Assembly (NCBI GenBank): GCA_034520665.1
Contig: JAXHNJ010000002.1
Coordinates: 179,166-243,165, forward strand
Length of the DNA stretch: 64,000 bases
Source of the DNA: Patescibacteria group bacterium
GTDB lineage: Bacteria; Patescibacteriota; Patescibacteriia; JAXHNJ01
Direction of reading: 5' to 3'
The position numbers and the translations under genes are program-made. The notes under the pieces were generated by a model that saw only the letters and a program-made list of their open reading frames with translations, was not told the DNA's origin and ran no database searches. Shown in pieces: positions 20,209 to 31,000 of this stretch. How positions within the stretch are numbered: the first letter of the stretch is position 1; every line of letters begins with the position of its first letter.

Positions 20209-22430
20209 CCACAGTGCGGGCAGGTTTTACAGCCTTCTTTAATTTCCATAGTGGCTCCACACTCGGGGCATTTTGTTTTATCCACTATTTTTGATATTTT
20301 AACTTCCTGCTTGGTAGTCTCCTGACCAATTTCTTCTTCATTTTTATCTTTATTCTTTTCACCGGCTTCTATATTTAGAACCTGGGCTTCTCTTGAACGA
20401 TCTCTATAAATCGTTACTCCTTTACAATCTGCTTTAAAAGCCTTGAGATAAACCTCTTCTACATCTTCAGTGGTAGCTGAGTGAGGAAAATTAACCGTCT
20501 TAGAAACAGCGTTATCAGTGTATTTTTGAAAAGCGGCTTGCATTTTTATATGCTCTTCCGGAGTAATATCATGAGCCGTAACAAAAACTTTTTTTACCTT
20601 ATCCGGTATCTCAGAAAAATCCTGAATAGTGCCCTTTTCAGCAATTCTTTTCATTAAATTATCTGAATAAAAGCCTTCTTCCTTAGCTATTTTTTCAAAA
20701 CTAGGATTAACTTCAACCAATTCATCACCTTCATCCAGTAAATTTCTCCTGACATAAGAAATAGCAAAAAGTGGTTCAATACCAGAAGAACAGCCAGCGA
20801 TAATAGAAATAGTGCCGGTTGGAGCAATGGTAGTTAAAGTAGCATTACGCACTTTTTCTCCTTTTTTATCATTATAAATACTCTTGGCAAAGGCTGGAAA
20901 AGCTCCTCTAATTTTTGCCAGTTCCTTTGAAGCTTCTCGAGCTTTTTTAGTGATAAATTTCATAACCTTTTCTCCTGTTTTTAAAGCTTCTGAAGAATTA
21001 TAAGGTATTTCCAGCTGAATTAACATATCAGCAAAACCCATTACTCCTAAGCCTACTTTTCGATTTTTCTCCACTATTTCTTCAATTTTATCCAAAGGAT
21101 ACCGACTCATATCAATAACGTTATCCAGAAAATGAACCGCTTTTTCAACAGTTTTAGCTAATTTATCAAAATCAATTTTTTTATCTTTAACCATTTTAGA
21201 TAAATTAATTGAGCCAAGATTACAGGATTCATAAGGCAAAAGGGGTTGTTCACCACAAGGATTAGTTGATTCAATCTCTCCCTGTTCAGGCGTTGGATTT
21301 TTTTCATTGATACGATCAATAAAAATAATGCCCGGTTCACCGTTCTTCCAAGCCATAGTCACAATTAAATCGAAAATTTTTCTGGCGGAAAGTTTTGAAA
21401 CTACTAATTTGCTACGCGGATTAATTAATTCATAATCTTTATTTTTTTCTACCGCTTTCATAAATTTATCAGTAACAGCTACAGAAATATTAAAATTAGC
21501 CAACTCGCCTTCATTCTCCTTAGCGGTAATAAATTCCAAAATATCCGGATGGTCTACTTTTAATATAGCCATATTTGCTCCTCTTCGAGTGCCCCCTTGT
21601 TTTATAGCCTCGGTAGAAGCATTAAAAACTTTCATAAAAGAAATCGGTCCTGAGGCAATACCACCCGTGCTTTTTACCAGATCACCGTCCGGGCGAAGAC
21701 GAGAAAAAGAAAATCCCGTGCCGCCGCCTGACTGATGAATAATAGCCGTATTTTTAATGGTTTCAAAAATACCGCTGATCGAATCATCAACTGGCAAAAC
21801 AAAGCAGGCTGAAAGCTGTTGCAGATCTTTGCCCGCATTCATTAAAGTCGGCGAATTAGGTAAAAATTCAAAATTACTCATCATGTCATAGAATTTCTTG
21901 GCTGTCTGCTCAACATCAACTTCCTGATGATAAAGAGTTTTATAAAGTTTATCAGCATAAGCAATATTATTACCCACCCTTTTAAACATACCCGAAGGTG
22001 TTTCTGTGACATGACCCTCAGCGTCTTTGCGTAAATACCTCTTTTGCAAAACTGTCATAGCATTAGGCGTTGACTTAACCTTTACCTTATACCCTTTTAA
22101 CATTAGCTTGGCTTCTCTTATATTTTTATGCTTTTGACGATAAATAATATAAGCTTTAGCAATTTCTGCTTGACGATCTCTTATTAATACCTCTTCCACT
22201 ATATCCTGAACACCTTCCACAGTCGGAATTTCACTTTCTGATAACCTTTCCTGTAAAATAGTAGTTACTGTAGTAGCCAAGCGCTTGGAAAGACTTTTAT
22301 TACTTTTACCAATCGCTTTAGAACATTTAAAAATAGCCTCGGCAATATTTTTTCGATCAAAATCAACGATGCGGCCGTCGCGTTTTTTTATTTTTTTTAA
22401 TTTATTTTTCTTAAAAATTGAAGCTTCCAT
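20184..22430 (-). CDS. nrdJ: Adenosylcobalamin-dependent (class II) ribonucleotide reductase with N-terminal ATP-cone and C-terminal zinc ribbon
   Basis: ATP-cone ([17 protein letters not shown]). ...[23 protein letters not shown] is the class II RNR active-site Cys region. The C-terminus carries CPECG...CPHCG. Confidence 0.9.
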   Translation of the reverse strand: MEASIFKKNKLKKIKKRDGRIVDFDRKNIAEAIFKCSKAIGKSNKSLSKRLATTVTTILQERLSESEIPTVEGVQDIVEEVLIRDRQAEIAKAYIIYRQKHKNIREAKLMLKGYKVKVKSTPNAMTVLQKRYLRKDAEGHVTETPSGMFKRVGNNIAYADKLYKTLYHQEVDVEQTAKKFYDMMSNFEFLPNSPTLMNAGKDLQQLSACFVLPVDDSISGIFETIKNTAIIHQSGGGTGFSFSRLRPDGDLVKSTGGIASGPISFMKVFNASTEAIKQGGTRRGANMAILKVDHPDILEFITAKENEGELANFNISVAVTDKFMKAVEKNKDYELINPRSKLVVSKLSARKIFDLIVTMAWKNGEPGIIFIDRINEKNPTPEQGEIESTNPCGEQPLLPYESCNLGSINLSKMVKDKKIDFDKLAKTVEKAVHFLDNVIDMSRYPLDKIEEIVEKNRKVGLGVMGFADMLIQLEIPYNSSEALKTGEKVMKFITKKAREASKELAKIRGAFPAFAKSIYNDKKGEKVRNATLTTIAPTGTISIIAGCSSGIEPLFAISYVRRNLLDEGDELVEVNPSFEKIAKEEGFYSDNLMKRIAEKGTIQDFSEIPDKVKKVFVTAHDITPEEHIKMQAAFQKYTDNAVSKTVNFPHSATTEDVEEVYLKAFKADCKGVTIYRDRSREAQVLNIEAGEKNKDKNEEEIGQETTKQEVKISKIVDKTKCPECGATMEIKEGCKTCPHCGWSACSLG

Positions 22431-22556
22431 TTATTTAAATAGGTTAAAAAGGTTAAAAAAATTGACCCATAATAAAGGGCAAATTAAAATATTTTAAGAG
22501 TCAGGAAAAATAATTACAAAAATAACAAAATAAATATTTCCTGACTTTTAAAATTT

Positions 22557-23768
22557 TTACATCATTTTTTTTCTGATAAAGGCTGGTATTTCTAATTCTT
22601 CCTCTTCTTTTGTTTTTTTAGGAACTTTTTCTTGAGGCTTTTTATTCTTTTCTTCTTCTTTATAAAAGTTTTTTTGTTGGTTTTGTTGAATTTGTTGAGT
22701 TTGTGGTTTTGGCGGTTCGTTTCCCGGTTTTTCTTCAAAAGGACTAATGGTATTTCTTTCCACTTTCTTTACTGAGGAAGAGGAACCTTTACCAAAACCA
22801 GTAGCAATAACTGTTATCTTAATTTCGTCTCCTAAAGAATCATCTAATACTGAACCAAAAATAATTTTTGCCTCCGGATCAGCGGAACCAGTAATTACCC
22901 GGGCTGCTTCATTAACTTCATACATACTTAAATTAGGCCCTCCAGTGACTGTAAAGAGTATACCCCTAGCTCCATCAATAGAAAGTTCTAAAAGCGGGCT
23001 GTCAATAGCCGCCTTAGCCGCGTCAACTGCTCTATTTTCACCAGAAGCCTCACCAATACCCATAAGAGCTGAACCGGTATTTTCCATAATAGATTTAACG
23101 TCAGCAAAGTCAACATTAATTAAGCCAGGCACGGTAATCAAATCCGCAATACCTTGAACACCCTGTTTTAAAACATTATCTACCACTTTAAAAGAATCAA
23201 GCAGGCTGGTTTTTTTATCAATAATTTGTAATAAACGGTCATTAGGTATAGTAATCAAAGTATCTACTTTATCAGTCAAATTATCCAGTCCCCCTTCAGC
23301 AATCTGCATTCTTTGAGCACCTTCAAAAGAAAAAGGTTTGGTCACCACGGCCACTGTTAAAGCCCCGGCGTCTCGCGCTATTTCAGCAATAATCGGAGCC
23401 GCTCCAGTGCCAGTGCCGCCGCCTAAACCACAGGTAATAAAAACCATATCCGAGCCTTTTAAAGAGTCGTGAATTTCATCCTGGCTTTCCTCAGCGCTAG
23501 CCTGGCCTAATTCCGGATCCATACCGGCTCCTAGACCTCGGGTAGTGGTTTTACCAATATGTATCTTGTGAGGAGCGTTGGAATGATGAAGAGCTTGAGC
23601 ATCAGTATTAATGGCTGTAAATTCAATGCCCCTAATTCTGGAATCAATCATTCTTTTTATAGCCGCTCCACCAGATCCACCAACACCTAAAACTTTAATT
23701 TTAGCAAAAGTCTCCACTTCCGGCTTTACTTCCATAGAATTATTTTTTCTCTTTTTTTTATTGCTCAT
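22557..23768 (-). CDS. ftsZ: Cell division GTPase FtsZ
   Basis: [13 protein letters not shown] and the tubulin signature [16 protein letters not shown]. Confidence 0.95.
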   Translation of the reverse strand: MSNKKKRKNNSMEVKPEVETFAKIKVLGVGGSGGAAIKRMIDSRIRGIEFTAINTDAQALHHSNAPHKIHIGKTTTRGLGAGMDPELGQASAEESQDEIHDSLKGSDMVFITCGLGGGTGTGAAPIIAEIARDAGALTVAVVTKPFSFEGAQRMQIAEGGLDNLTDKVDTLITIPNDRLLQIIDKKTSLLDSFKVVDNVLKQGVQGIADLITVPGLINVDFADVKSIMENTGSALMGIGEASGENRAVDAAKAAIDSPLLELSIDGARGILFTVTGGPNLSMYEVNEAARVITGSADPEAKIIFGSVLDDSLGDEIKITVIATGFGKGSSSSVKKVERNTISPFEEKPGNEPPKPQTQQIQQNQQKNFYKEEEKNKKPQEKVPKKTKEEEELEIPAFIRKKMM

Positions 23769-23791
23769 ATAATTATTTTAATCTTAAAATA

Positions 23792-25036
23792 TTAAGGCCT
23801 TAAAGATTTAAACCATTCTTTCATTTTTTTAGTCACATTCGAAACAGAAGAAAAATTAGGTATGGAAAAATTAAAACCGCCCTTTTCCCGCAAAGCCAGA
23901 CCCCAGACCACTAGACCAATAGCTGTGCTAAAAGCCGGATCATTGGCCTTATCTATAGCTGAAACAAATTCTTGAGGTGAACCCACTGAACTAGGCAATC
24001 TAAATTCTTTTTTTGCCACTTTAATTAAACCGGGTAATTTAGCGCCGCCACCAGTTATAACCACTCCGGCCGGCAAAAGACCTGAACGGTCAATTTTCTG
24101 CAATTCTTTGTCAATCATTTTAAATATTTCCTCTAGTCTGGCCTCTATAATTTCAGCTACTTGTTTTTTAGAAACCTTATTATTATCTCCTCCTTCTAAT
24201 TCTCCCAAATTTATTTCTTCTCTCTTGCTGATATCATCGGGTAAAGCACTACCATATTCTAGTTTTATTTTTTCAGCTAAATCAATAGAAGTTCTAAGAC
24301 CAATAGCAATATCATTAGTAATATGAGAAGAACCAATGGGTAAGATTTTTGTATGTAAAACATCACCTTCTTCAAAAACTACCAATGAAGTAGTGCTACT
24401 GCCAATATTGACTAAAGCTACCCCAAGATTTTTTTGGCGTTTAGTTAAACAGCTTTCTGAGGAAGCTAAGACCCCTAAAACTAAATCTTCAATATCGACC
24501 CCGGTACGATAAACTGACTTGGTTAAATTTTTAATTTGGGAAGAAAGACCCTGGATAATCTGAGCCTCTACTTCCAGTCTGATGCCAGTCATACCGACCG
24601 GATCTTTAATACCTTTTTGATTATCAACCGTAAAACTTCGGGGAATAACATGTAATATTTCAAAATTAGGCGGCGTGGCTACGGCTTGAGCTGCTTCCAC
24701 CACTCTTTCTACGTCTTCTTCTTTTATTTCACCATCTGCCTTAGCTACCGCGATTACTCCATGACTATCTTGAGAATTAATATGAGAACCTGAAATACCA
24801 ACAAAAGCATTTTCTGCCGGTATACCGGTCATTCTTTCTACTTTTTCTAAACACTGGGAAATTGAGCTCACTGTTTCTTCAATACTAGTAACCACTCCTT
24901 TAGAAACTCCTTCTGAGGGCTGGCTAGCTAGGCCCATTATATGTAATTTTTCATCATTGGGATTTTTCTGGCCAACAACAGCTCTTATATAGGAAGAACC
25001 AATGTCTAGTCCAGTTATTATTTCTTCTTTTGCCAT
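23792..25036 (-). CDS. ftsA: Cell division protein FtsA
   Basis: MAKEEIITGLDIGSSYIRAVVGQ is the actin-like N-terminus. It sits in the conserved ftsA-ftsZ arrangement. Confidence 0.9.
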   Translation of the reverse strand: MAKEEIITGLDIGSSYIRAVVGQKNPNDEKLHIMGLASQPSEGVSKGVVTSIEETVSSISQCLEKVERMTGIPAENAFVGISGSHINSQDSHGVIAVAKADGEIKEEDVERVVEAAQAVATPPNFEILHVIPRSFTVDNQKGIKDPVGMTGIRLEVEAQIIQGLSSQIKNLTKSVYRTGVDIEDLVLGVLASSESCLTKRQKNLGVALVNIGSSTTSLVVFEEGDVLHTKILPIGSSHITNDIAIGLRTSIDLAEKIKLEYGSALPDDISKREEINLGELEGGDNNKVSKKQVAEIIEARLEEIFKMIDKELQKIDRSGLLPAGVVITGGGAKLPGLIKVAKKEFRLPSSVGSPQEFVSAIDKANDPAFSTAIGLVVWGLALREKGGFNFSIPNFSSVSNVTKKMKEWFKSLRP

Positions 25037-25112
25037 ATTTATCTTTTAATACTTGAATTATTTAACTTTATTATAATATATTTTTTTGTTTTTGAAAAGT
25101 GATTTTAAATTA

Positions 25113-25478
25113 CTAACTAAAAACATAAGGCCAGAAAATTAAAACTCCAATAATTAAAGAGCCTAAGGAAGCTAAAAATACCATAGCGGCCATAAGATCC
25201 TTAATTACGGCCACATAATGGTGAATGCGCGGTTTTAAAATATCTACTACTTTTTCTAAAGTAGTATTAATCAACTCCAAAACTAAAACCAACAGAATTA
25301 ACAAGAAAAGAATTATAGCTTCAGCCCGGCTTATTTCAAAAACAAACATCAATATCACAACCACTAAAGCAATAAAGCTTTGAATACGAAAATTTTGTTC
25401 ATGGCGAAAAGTATAACGTATTCCTTTTAACGCGTATTTAAAGCTTTTAATTAATGTTTTTAGGTTTATAATGGGCAT
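25113..25478 (-). CDS. dgkA: Diacylglycerol/undecaprenol kinase (DgkA family)
   Basis: 121 aa with three TM helices. ...RHEQNFRIQ is the DgkA signature. Confidence 0.8.
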   Translation of the reverse strand: MPIINLKTLIKSFKYALKGIRYTFRHEQNFRIQSFIALVVVILMFVFEISRAEAIILFLLILLVLVLELINTTLEKVVDILKPRIHHYVAVIKDLMAAMVFLASLGSLIIGVLIFWPYVFS

Positions 25479-25486
25479 AACTCTAA

Positions 25487-25936
25487 CTAGCCTACGGTTT
25501 TTATTAATTCATCTTCAATTCCCTCCATAAGCTTTCTTTCTTTTTTATTTTTGTGTTTATAGCCTAATAAATGTAATAATCCGTGAATGGTTAACTTTTT
25601 CAATCTGTCTTCCAGTTTTTCATCAATTTTATCAGCTTCTTCTTTAGCTTTCCTAGGACAGATAAATATTTCTCCTAATACATTATTTTTCAAAGGAATT
25701 TCAAAAAAAGTATTTTTATTTTTTTTCTCAGAAAAATGAAAGGTTAGAACACTGGTAGCTTTATCCTTTTTACGATAAGTTTTATTAAGTTCTTTAATTT
25801 TTTTCTTATCAACTAAAACTAGGGAGATCTGTTTTTTTATTTTTTTATCAAGTTTTTTAAGAGATTTCTCTATAACTTTTTCAAAAAAATCTTTTTTATA
25901 AGAAGTTTCAATTAAAGCCGTAAAATTAACTGGCAT
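25487..25936 (-). CDS. ybeY: rRNA maturation endoribonuclease YbeY
   Basis: The HGLLHLLGYKH zinc-binding motif (H..H....H). Confidence 0.85.
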   Translation of the reverse strand: MPVNFTALIETSYKKDFFEKVIEKSLKKLDKKIKKQISLVLVDKKKIKELNKTYRKKDKATSVLTFHFSEKKNKNTFFEIPLKNNVLGEIFICPRKAKEEADKIDEKLEDRLKKLTIHGLLHLLGYKHKNKKERKLMEGIEDELIKTVG

Positions 25937-27500
25937 TAGTATTTTGATTCTGATTGCTGTTTGTAGTTGAAGAAAGTAATTTGAAGCTCTGATACATCAT
26001 TTCAAAAGTAGTTTGATAATTTACTGCCGATAAATTACCGACATTATAATTTATTAGATATATTTTATCTTCTTTTCCCAAATAAACAGTGGTTTTATCT
26101 GGTGTTAATATTCCACTAAGTCCATTGACCACTATTTCTTCAAGTTGAGAAGTCTCTATATTGGGATTAAGAGAAAGATACCACTGCTCTGCTGAAAGCC
26201 GGGATGTATTTTCTTCAACTGTTACCTGCACGTATTCAACCGTGGAAATATCCGGCGAAAACATAATATTTTTTTCACCAGTGCTGGCACTCATCTGGGT
26301 AGCTGTCCATTTGCTGGGGTAAAGCAAGCTCCATTTGTAAGTATCATTAGTGTATTGCTCCGTAGAATCTGAAGTTGACAATTTTTTATCTTTAACCGTA
26401 GGATCATAACCTAAGTAGAGCTCACCCACAATATCTCCGGAAGATAATGTATTTTTACCGTCAATATAACCATCACCATCAGTGTCAGGGGTATTTTTAC
26501 CAGTATTCCAAAGATTCTCCTCTACGTCTGTTAGTCCATCTCCGTCATCGTCATTAGTAGAAGATAAAGGGATGGTGCTGGTATTAGTATTAGTACTAGT
26601 ATTAGTATTAACATTATTATTGCCGTTGAGATTGGCATTAGAATTAATATTAGTATTATTATTTATATTAGCATTTGAATTACCGTTTAAATTTAAGCTA
26701 CCTTCATCTTTAAGCAATTTAAAGGATTTAATAGATTCTTCAAAAATATCTTCATATTTTGAAATTTCATCTTCTGTTGAATACATAATACTTACTTGAG
26801 TATTTTGATAGACTATAAAAGCCATAAGTCCTTTAATTTCTGTTTGATTTAGGGTACCGCCACCTAATACAATTAAAGATTCTCTTCCGTCTATTGTGGT
26901 CTCTTCGGAAGTTTCAACACTAAAGGTACTACCCTTTTCACTGCTTAAAAATTCATCTTTCATACTTTCAGCATCCAAAACAGATTCACTCTTATCTTCA
27001 ATGGTAACCGTGCCCAAAGTAATTTCATCAAGAGCGGAAGGAGTAAAAGAAATAGTATTATTATTCATAGTATTCGCCTCCCAATTTGATGGATATTTTA
27101 TTGAAAAAACCGAATTAGGGTCACCATATTCTTTTAAAGTAATACTTACATTCGCATTTAAATTACTGTTTGAATTAGAATTAAGATTATCACTACTATT
27201 AGAATTATTAACCACTACATTTTTATTATCCTCCGGTGAAGAAAGTTTCTGAAAAAGATAAGCAGCCCCGACAGCTATACCGGCAAAGAGAAAAACAGAG
27301 ACAACAATAATTATTATTTTTTTCTTTTTACTGCTTCCACCCTTTTTTGAAGTATCACGAAATTTTTTGGGCATAGTATAAACATCTTTAGAGTTTTCTG
27401 GTGAACTTGCTTCTTTTTCCTGGTTCGCTTCAGAAGACTCCTCTATTGAAGGAGGGGTGGGTCTGCTTTGATTATCATTTTGATTTTTATTATCAAACAT
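25926..27500 (-). CDS. Hypothetical membrane-anchored, Asn-rich protein with thrombospondin type-3-like Ca-binding repeats (524 aa)
   Basis: N-terminal cytoplasmic segment plus a TM helix. ...DDDGDGLTDVEENLWNTGKNTPDTDGDGYIDGK matches the D-x-D-x-D-G-x-x-D TSP3-like motif. Long poly-N low-complexity runs are present. Confidence 0.5.
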   Translation of the reverse strand: MFDNKNQNDNQSRPTPPSIEESSEANQEKEASSPENSKDVYTMPKKFRDTSKKGGSSKKKKIIIIVVSVFLFAGIAVGAAYLFQKLSSPEDNKNVVVNNSNSSDNLNSNSNSNLNANVSITLKEYGDPNSVFSIKYPSNWEANTMNNNTISFTPSALDEITLGTVTIEDKSESVLDAESMKDEFLSSEKGSTFSVETSEETTIDGRESLIVLGGGTLNQTEIKGLMAFIVYQNTQVSIMYSTEDEISKYEDIFEESIKSFKLLKDEGSLNLNGNSNANINNNTNINSNANLNGNNNVNTNTSTNTNTSTIPLSSTNDDDGDGLTDVEENLWNTGKNTPDTDGDGYIDGKNTLSSGDIVGELYLGYDPTVKDKKLSTSDSTEQYTNDTYKWSLLYPSKWTATQMSASTGEKNIMFSPDISTVEYVQVTVEENTSRLSAEQWYLSLNPNIETSQLEEIVVNGLSGILTPDKTTVYLGKEDKIYLINYNVGNLSAVNYQTTFEMMYQSFKLLSSTTNSNQNQNTNAS

Positions 27501-27525
27501 ATTATTTTTATATTAATTTCTTAAT

Positions 27526-28056
27526 TTATGATTGGTTATTATTAATATTTTCAATAGCTGAATTTGTATTAAATAATTGGCCTTCACCATTAGGGTTGTA
27601 GTTTTTATCCACCTCTTCCCCGTCAGAAAAACCGTCACCATCAGTATCTTTATTTTTTGGATCAGTTTTATATATATATACTTCTTCATAATCACTGAGG
27701 CCGTCCGAGTCTGTATCCGCTTTTTTTATATCAGTGCCCAGTTCTTTTTCTTTATCATTAGAAAGTCCGTCCCGATCATCATCATCAGTTTCTTCTTTAA
27801 TTATAATTGTCTGGTTGGTTAAAGACGGTCTAAAAGACGGTCTATTAGTGTTTAAATTTACTTCCTTATCATTAACAGCCGTTGTATTCTCATTCAAGTT
27901 TTCTGCTTCTGATCCACTGAAATATAAATACAAGCCAGCTGATAAACCCAAAACTATTATTAATGTCACTATTATTATAAGTAATTTTTTTCGGCCTGTA
28001 AAAGAAGACTGGGCTATATCCTCTTCAGAGGGTTCATTAGAATTAATTTGATCCAT
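27526..28056 (-). CDS. Hypothetical membrane-anchored protein with TSP3-like Ca-binding repeats (176 aa)
   Basis: TM helix, then DDDDRDGLSNDKE...DTDSDGLSDYEE...DTDGDGFSDGEE. Confidence 0.5.
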   Translation of the reverse strand: MDQINSNEPSEEDIAQSSFTGRKKLLIIIVTLIIVLGLSAGLYLYFSGSEAENLNENTTAVNDKEVNLNTNRPSFRPSLTNQTIIIKEETDDDDRDGLSNDKEKELGTDIKKADTDSDGLSDYEEVYIYKTDPKNKDTDGDGFSDGEEVDKNYNPNGEGQLFNTNSAIENINNNQS

Positions 28057-28081
28057 ATTATTATAAAATTAATTTTTTATT

Positions 28082-31000
28082 TTAAGGGCTGGAAACCCAA
28101 TAATCAAAACTATCACAAGAAGCTGAGGAAATACTGTCACATATATCAAATTCACTGGTACTAGCATCCCAATAAGTGTTATCTGTCTCAAGATTAACAT
28201 ATAAATTATAATTTACCCCGTGATCAGTTTGATAGGCATAAATAGAAGAACCGGAGCTGCAAAGAAATTCTTTATTCTCTTCATCCCAGCAGGTATTAGG
28301 CGGAAAACTAGGACAAATAGCTTCATTTAAAGGATCAACTGGTAAACTCTTGCCTAAAGCATTACCTAAACTAGCCTGCCAGGAAGGCCATATAGAAGTG
28401 CTCATATTAGAAATATAACTGCCGGATTCTAACATAGGATAGGGTGCTTCAATTTCTTCTATTTTAAAATCATCAACCCAAGCCACATCATTACTCTCCA
28501 CAACACCTCTATGTCGGGCTATAAATCTGATTGAACGATCAGCTTTATTGGCATAAACAATATTAGTTATTTTTGTCCAATCATTATCACCATAAATATA
28601 ATCCGTATGACTGTTTAGATCACAACCTGTCCAGTCAAAGCTATGAATACTGGTTATTAAACATTCCGAATGAATTTCAAATCCTAAATCACCCGTATCA
28701 TCGTTATCATCTGTATCATCGTGATCATCTGTTTTTACCCAAGCTGTAAGTTTATAGGTTTTACCATAAGTAACCGGAACATCCTGAAGAACATAACGGC
28801 GACTAGCCGCAAGATCCGACGAATCGTAGGTACCACCCTTTAATTCCACAGAATTATTTCCTGTATGGGCTTGGCTGGAATCAACATTAACCTCTGACGA
28901 AAAAGAACCAGGTGTTTCCCAAACTTGTTCATCAGTGGAACTCACAATAGTATAAACATCTTCAAATCCAGGGCTATTAACAAGATTTGTTTCAGAAGAA
29001 CTTGGCTGATTAGCCCGATAATCTTCAAGATAACCAGTGATAGTCCTTAAATCAGCAATTCTTTTTAAATCCCTGATAATCTTTTCTTTTTCCCCAGCCG
29101 TAGTAATATTTGTATTAAAAGTCCAATAGTCAATTAACTGATCATATATATTTTTTATTTTTGAATCAGCCCCTTTATTATAGGAAATTAGATATATATT
29201 TGAATAAAGTGTACCACTGTCATAATTTGTAGCTCCAACATACACCGTTCTTCCGTCACGCACGGCCCGGTAACCGTCTACTGTAGTAGACTGGGGAGAG
29301 CCTTGATCTTTTATATTTTGTTTATACCATTCTTGCGGAGTCAGCGCCTCCGGGTTAGCATAAATACGAATACCAATGCCATCATCAGTTACTTCACAAG
29401 TGCCGCTTGTACAATTTAAAGGACTGCTAGGGTCCTTCGAACATCTTTGATGGCCTTCAGAACAACGGCCTGATTCTTTGAATAAATATTGTTTTAAAAC
29501 GTCGCCGGATTCTCCTCTGACTACGCTCATATCTAAATCCGGTAAAATATTACTGGAAAATTGACATTTTTGTCCGACATAATCACTGCAACATTCTTCA
29601 TCAGTCGGACAAGAAGTTTGATAATCCAAAGTGCAAACTGTATTAGTGGTTCCCTCACAAACGCCATAATCACCCCGGCAATAAAATAATTTAAAATTAT
29701 AATCATTACTACAACCGTCCGCGTTAATATCACAGTTACTAGCTGCTTCTTCAAATTCCCAGGGCATATCACAAAAAATTACTTCAATTTCAGCACTGGC
29801 TTTTTTACTGCCAGTCCAGCCCGTACCAGCTTGGGCTTCACTTCTAAGCCAGGTCTGGCCATTTTTTACTGGACTAGCTGTTTGAATAGGGTTAGCCGTA
29901 CAAATACCGTCCGGACAATCATCATTATTAACACAACTATCACCGTCATAAGTACCACCATTACATTTAAGATCATTGTTTACAGTAGCAATATCTTTAT
30001 TATCCATAGACCAATGCCAAGCCCAATCATAAACCCCTAATATTGATTGAATAGAATTGTCATTATCATCATAAGCTGAAGCAGTAAAATCTCGGGTTTC
30101 AGTTTTACTGGTAAACATATGATGAGAAGGATTTAAATCAATATAATCAATTTCACAAGGATCATTAGTATCAGCCGTGGTAAAACTAAAACTATCAGCT
30201 ACCATAGAAACGCCCTTAGTATTTTCAATATCATTAGTAAGATTAACAGTATAAGTAGTACTGCCCTTTAATAAGTCATTAAGATTTATTCTCACCCTGT
30301 CATCATAAGAGCTAATAGTATATGAAGCCACTCCGCCCGTTAATGTAATATTTGAATCATTCAAAGTGCTTTGATCCATATTCTGATCAAAATTTACTTC
30401 AATTAAATTATTTAAACAAACATTTGGCTCTCCGTCAGTTGGAATGGTACTACTAACTGATGGCCGGTCATAACAACAGCCGTCATCACCACAGCCCTGG
30501 CCAACCGGACAATCACCGTCATTATTACAAATATCACAAGAAGGGGGTCTAACTGTAAAAGGCCAGGTGTTACTGGCAACTCCGTCATTAAAAAGCTGTA
30601 TATTTCCGGTTTCCGCGCCTAAAGGCACGGTTGTTTCCACCATTGTATCATTAGCCCAGGAAACATAATTTGTAACATCTACCCCATCATGAAAAGTAAC
30701 TCGGTCTTCGTCAATTGGTAGGGCGTCTCTAGAACTGCCAAAATTTTTACCCTTTATTTCTACATCGGTAATATTTTCCTTGCCTAGGTTGGGATTAAGA
30801 GCGCAAATACCCGGCCTAACCGTGGAATTCACCTCAAAATAACCATCCGTAAGTACATAAGGAGCCGTGGTAAAATCACTGCTTTCAATACTATAGCTAT
30901 ACCCGCTGGCTAGATCTCCGCCTCTTACGCGAAAAGGATGATCTCCAGAGTCAGCATCATCGCTAAGATCAGCCGTTTTGCTGTTAGGCACTTCCCTTAA

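Noticed and set aside
22747-23157. 136-aa plus-strand ORF
   Set aside because: Antisense within ftsZ, whose minus-strand frame carries the tubulin signature GGGTGTG.
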